A stretch of DNA of 59,680 nucleotides, filler included. It is 4 parts of 4 records of this genome, joined end to end, with 100 filler letters (N's around TTAATTAATTAA, not from the genome) between each part and the next. Parts side by side here need not be neighbours in the genome. Positions count along the whole stretch, not along the records: positions 54,633 to 59,680 come from SRR20825019_1856; 3 more parts are not named here. One strand, 5' to 3'. Below the pieces are notes generated by a model. It saw only the letters and a list, made by a program, of their open reading frames with translations. It was not told where the DNA came from and ran no database searches. Position 1 is the stretch's first letter. The number at the start of each line of letters is the position of its first letter. Of the stretch, positions 55,637-59,680 are shown in pieces. The translations under genes were made by a program, and so were the position numbers.

Positions 55637-57241
55637 TTATGCCCCACTACCAAACAGCGACCTCCTGCGCTCCTCCTCACGCTTCTCTGTACTCTCAAAG
55701 GAAGAAGAGGAATCCTTAATCGGAAGGACGCCCCCCACTAGGAACTCTGAGCTCCTGGTCCATCCCTTCGATACCTGTTCATCACGCTCAAGCTGGAGCT
55801 CATATTGACACTCTCTAGATCCGGAAATAATGAAGCGTTGGGAGGCAACATTGGTAGGGCCGTTATCTGCAATGGCTGCATTCCTAATGGCTACCAGGCA
55901 TTCGGGGGTGCGTGTGCGGGAGTCGGTATCCCTGTACTCAATGAAGGTGTAGGCATGCTGGGCGGGATTAAACTTCTGAATACGCATCGCCCCTATTACG
56001 CCATGAAGGGCCATGGAGTCCTTATCGGCGGTGGTGAAGTGCACACTTCCCAATGCCCCAGTAATGGCGTCGAACACCTTCTTTTCATGTGCCCTTCTGG
56101 CAACCGAGGGGTTGACCATCTGATGGGGAGGAGGTGGTCCGCCTGCTGATCTAGAAGTAGAAGTAGCAGGTGGTTGTTGCTGTGTCTTCTCCTCTTCCTT
56201 TGCTTCCAATAAGCTCTTCGATTTGTTGTAAATTTGGCCGGATTGGTACTCTAGCACAAGTGGGCACTTATTGGGGATGTCACTGACAACGAGCATCTCG
56301 GTCGGAATACGATGTGTCGCAACACGACGATTCAAACAATTATCTGCATCATTTACATAGAAGTACTCCCTAAAGTCCCCATATTTGGTTTGGACATTCT
56401 TCCTCATTTCCAGGATACTTTTTTGCCATTCCTCGTCCTTGTCCTTTTCGACCTTGGATATGTGCTCCTTGTAGTCCCCTGGGTGGATGGGGCGTTGGTT
56501 CTTGTAGTTCTCGGCTGTACCGTACATGCCCGTCCCGCTGTAGGTAACCTTCTTCTGCTTACAGAACTTGGCATAATCCTCATCGCTAAGGCGAGCAACG
56601 TAACTCTCCTCAGACTCCTCTACATCAACATTGTTTCCGTTTTCATCTTTTTGGACCGTGACGACTCTTCCGCCCCTGCTGGTCCACTTGTACTCTTTCC
56701 CTATAACACCATCCAGGGCAATGGGTTCCTTCCTGTGGTGATAGTCATCTGTGGCTTGGTTGTATGCCTTGACAAAGTACACGATGGCCCCCGCCAACAC
56801 TACCATACCCCCGACGGCCTCTAAGGGTCTAGATGTGAAGGCATTCCATCCATTAGCCTTATCCCTCGCTGCTGCCTCCTCCTTCATCTTGTTGATCTCC
56901 TCTTCACTTAGCCCACCCTTGCCGTGACCAGGCTGCCCCTTAGCACGGCCGTACCGCTGGGAGGTTGCGCCAGTACTGCTCCTTTCGGCCTTGTTCCCAT
57001 CCGCCCAACGAGCCGCATTAAGACCCGCCTCTGACTTGAGAATCAAGAAGGCTGCATGTACTTCTCTGAACTTATCCTCAGAGCCATCGGGCATGTCGGG
57101 GTGGTATTGCTTCGATAGTTCCCTGTAGCGGTGCTTAATCTCCACTTGGGTGGCCGTGGCCTTTAGACCCAGTATTTCGAAGGGACTCCTCTCTGGGGCC
57201 CTCAGTAGCCTCGTTACACGAAAAAGACCACTGCGATGCAT
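55637..57241 (-). CDS. DnaJ-domain membrane protein, probably mitochondrial
   Basis: Arg-rich presequence MHRSGLFRVTRLLR, J domain PFEILGL..YRELSKQYHPD, one TM at about residue 140-160. Confidence 0.85.
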   Translation of the reverse strand: MHRSGLFRVTRLLRAPERSPFEILGLKATATQVEIKHRYRELSKQYHPDMPDGSEDKFREVHAAFLILKSEAGLNAARWADGNKAERSSTGATSQRYGRAKGQPGHGKGGLSEEEINKMKEEAAARDKANGWNAFTSRPLEAVGGMVVLAGAIVYFVKAYNQATDDYHHRKEPIALDGVIGKEYKWTSRGGRVVTVQKDENGNNVDVEESEESYVARLSDEDYAKFCKQKKVTYSGTGMYGTAENYKNQRPIHPGDYKEHISKVEKDKDEEWQKSILEMRKNVQTKYGDFREYFYVNDADNCLNRRVATHRIPTEMLVVSDIPNKCPLVLEYQSGQIYNKSKSLLEAKEEEKTQQQPPATSTSRSAGGPPPPHQMVNPSVARRAHEKKVFDAITGALGSVHFTTADKDSMALHGVIGAMRIQKFNPAQHAYTFIEYRDTDSRTRTPECLVAIRNAAIADNGPTNVASQRFIISGSRECQYELQLERDEQVSKGWTRSSEFLVGGVLPIKDSSSSFESTEKREEERRRSLFGSGA

Positions 57242-57699
57242 GCGTATGGAGGTTTGGACTAGGAAGAAGGGAGAAGGTTATCTTTAAATATATGTTGTAG
57301 AGGGGAAAACTTTGTAAAAAATTAAAAGGTAGTGGATGAGGGGAAATCAAAAATGTTGATATAACAAAAGAGTGTATCAAAAACATAACAATTGTCAGCA
57401 ACCACCCACTCCCATAACCACCAGCAGTAGTGGCACATACATAAAATATATGTGGTGGGGAGGGCTTGAGACACATGTCCAAAAACAACAATGATCATTT
57501 TATATTTCCATGTAAGCACATAAAGATAGTAGTGTGGTAATGTAGAGTATACTACTCATCGTTAGGAAAAGTTATTACCTACCGTCCAATTTGACCATTT
57601 TTCCTTTCCCGCGTTGATATTTGTGTGTAAACCTTCTTCTTTTAACCTCCCTTCTCTTGTACCCTGTGTGTTCTTTTTCAAATGCTATCTAGTATAGTA

Positions 57700-57780
57700 A
57701 GTACTAGTAGTAATACCTATGTATTAGGGGTAGTAGTAGTTGTAGTAGGTAGTAGGATGTAGGATGTAGGAGGTGTATGT
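57700..57780. repeat. Imperfect TAG/GTAGGAT low-complexity repeat in the 3' flank of the helicase gene
   Basis: GTAGTAGTAGTTGTAGTAGGTAGTAGGATGTAGGATGTAGG. Confidence 0.6.
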
Positions 57781-57823
57781 GTCTGTCTCTATCCGGGGGG
57801 TGTTGGTGGCAAGCAATGATGTA

Positions 57824-59680
57824 TTAGAAGCCGCCATCGTCGAACTGGGAAACACGGGAAGGGGTAACCTTGGGCTTGGAGGGAGCATCCTTGCGGTCTC
57901 CTCCCTTGCCTCCTCCTCCACGGCCGCCCTTGGCTCCTCCGCCGGAACCAGCATCCTCGTCCCAGCGGAGATCGGCATCGTAGTCGTTGCCACCTCCACG
58001 GCCGCCACGTCCACCGCGCTTTCCTCCGCGACCTCCGGCACCGCGTCCTCCTCCTCCGAAGTTGCGGGCGTTGTGGTCGTCACGGGCATCCTCCATCCAC
58101 TGGGGGACAACCTGTCCGTGCTCGCTCACGTACTTGAGGAGATCGTCGACAATGCCGTAGTTGCGCTTGTTGAAGAAACCAGTAGCGGTACCCTTGTTAC
58201 CAGCACGGCCGGTACGACCGATACGATGGGTGTAGTCATCCATAGAGGAGGGGAGGTCGTACTGCACGACGTGAGTCACATTGGGGATGTCTAACCCACG
58301 AGAGGCGACATCGGTGGCCACAAGGATGGGGGTGACGGCGTTCTTGAAGTCCTTGAGGGAAGCCTCACGCTGCCTCTGGTCGAGACCTCCGTGGATAATG
58401 GAGGCAGGGATGCCCTCATCATCGAGGTAGTAGTACAGCTCATCGGCCTCGGCCTTAGTCTCGACGAAGACAAGGATAAGATCGGTCTGGACGTGCTCAC
58501 AGATAATATCAAGGAGGCGACCACGCTTATCATCCTTCTCAACCCACTCAATGGATTGGGTAATGTTGGTGGTGGTGGAACCGACACGGCCAACGGTAAG
58601 GAGGTAGTAGCGCTTACGGAGGTAAGACTGGGCCAACTCGCGGATAGCAGGGGGGAAGGTGGCACTGAACATCAGGGTCTGCCTCTCCTCGGGGGGAGGC
58701 ATGTCGGAGAAGCGGGAGCCACACAGGTATTTGATCTGCTCCTCGAATCCCATCTCGAGCATACGATCGGCCTCATCCAGAATAAGGAACTTGATGTTAG
58801 CAAAGCTGATACGCTCGCGGTCAAAGAGATCCTTGAGACGTCCGGGGCAGGCAACGAGGATATCCTGCTCGAAGTTGTGGGCGTAGCCAGTTCCTCCATA
58901 TGCGACATCGACAAAGATATCAGTCTTGAAGCACATCTTACGGGTCTCGTCGTAGATCTGAAGAGCAAGCTCACGGATGGGGGCGAGGACGAGTCCGACG
59001 GGGTAGGAGATTCGGTTCTGCTGGGGGGAGACACCAAACTTGAGGATGTGCTGCACGAGAGGGATGAGGAAGGCAGCAGTCTTACCAGATCCGGTTTGGG
59101 CGCAAGCCATAAGATCGTTTCCGCTGAGAGCAACGGGAACACCGAACTTCTGGACGGGGGTGGGCTTCTTGTAACCGCATCGGTTGAGGTTGGCCTCAAG
59201 ATGAGGGTCGATATCGAGACCCTCGAAGGAGGCGACGGGGGCGATGTCGGTGGGGATGATATCAACCTGGATGCACTCGTAGTTATCAAAGGATATACCG
59301 GTCTGGTTGTGGCGCTGGGTGAAGAGCTCCTCAATGTCCTTATCCTCGAAGTTGTTGAAACGCAGACGAGGGGCGCGCTGGCGACGGCCAGGGCGGGTCA
59401 GGGTGGGGTCGGACTCGGGGCCACCTCCACGGCCTCCTCCTCCTCCACGACCACGAGCAACGAAGCGGGCAGGGGCCTCCTCGGTGGGGGCGGCTGCTGC
59501 GGCTGCGGGGGCCGGGGCCTGATCGTTCTGCTGAACGGGACCGTCAGGGTTGCTGTCGATGGCAGAGCGATCGTAGGCGGGGTCTCCTCCACCACGTCCG
59601 CGACCACCACCACGACCTCCGCGGCTCTCGAAGGGGGCATCGCCCTCAGCGCCGCCACGGCCACGACCGCCACGTCCGCG
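57824..59680 (-). CDS. DED1/DDX3-family DEAD-box RNA helicase (kinetoplastid HEL67-like); 5' end beyond the window
   Basis: Frame is open to the window edge. RGG-rich termini, GYKKPTPVQ, AQTGSGKT, FEQDILVACPGRL, DEAD, SAT, HRIGRTGRAG. Confidence 0.95.
   Translation of the reverse strand, partial: RGRGGRGRGGAEGDAPFESRGGRGGGRGRGGGDPAYDRSAIDSNPDGPVQQNDQAPAPAAAAAAPTEEAPARFVARGRGGGGGRGGGPESDPTLTRPGRRQRAPRLRFNNFEDKDIEELFTQRHNQTGISFDNYECIQVDIIPTDIAPVASFEGLDIDPHLEANLNRCGYKKPTPVQKFGVPVALSGNDLMACAQTGSGKTAAFLIPLVQHILKFGVSPQQNRISYPVGLVLAPIRELALQIYDETRKMCFKTDIFVDVAYGGTGYAHNFEQDILVACPGRLKDLFDRERISFANIKFLILDEADRMLEMGFEEQIKYLCGSRFSDMPPPEERQTLMFSATFPPAIRELAQSYLRKRYYLLTVGRVGSTTTNITQSIEWVEKDDKRGRLLDIICEHVQTDLILVFVETKAEADELYYYLDDEGIPASIIHGGLDQRQREASLKDFKNAVTPILVATDVASRGLDIPNVTHVVQYDLPSSMDDYTHRIGRTGRAGNKGTATGFFNKRNYGIVDDLLKYVSEHGQVVPQWMEDARDDHNARNFGGGGRGAGGRGGKRGGRGGRGGGNDYDADLRWDEDAGSGGGAKGGRGGGGKGGDRKDAPSKPKVTPSRVSQFDDGGF

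Overview
This window is not one locus. It is four unrelated contigs joined by artificial 100-nt spacers (44 N + TTAATTAATTAA + 44 N). (1) 1-11351 is a eukaryote with many 47-68 nt GT-AG introns. It encodes a stromal-processing-peptidase-like M16 protease, a membrane-anchored disordered protein, a 58-aa microprotein, a retinol-dehydrogenase-like SDR, Costars/ABRACL and a zinc-finger methyltransferase. (2) 11452-38657 is a GC-rich alphaproteobacterium. It carries the fumC 3' end, USP plus an alanine symporter, puuE, an IclR-linked catabolic cluster, and a general-stress cluster with two exact GGAAC-N16-CGTT promoters. It also carries fdsG followed by an fdsB'-'fecR chimera, and the left flank of an NRPS cluster. 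There, a starter-type condensation domain is transcribed divergently from nine same-strand genes: MbtH, type II thioesterase, secreted protein, outer-membrane beta-barrel, GDSL-esterase autotransporter, DUF697, small membrane protein, SyrD-type ABC exporter and SPFH protein. (3) 38758-54532 and (4) 54633-59680 are intronless, single-strand gene arrays typical of a flagellated kinetoplastid (axonemal dynein, HMG-CoA-lyase-like pseudoenzyme, BBS6/MKKS-like, MORN, SPT5, ACAD-like, NEP1, DnaJ, HEL67/DED1). The best candidate for an undescribed system is the NRPS-linked export/maturation cassette at 27581-36659. All family calls come from motif recognition by eye; no database search was run.
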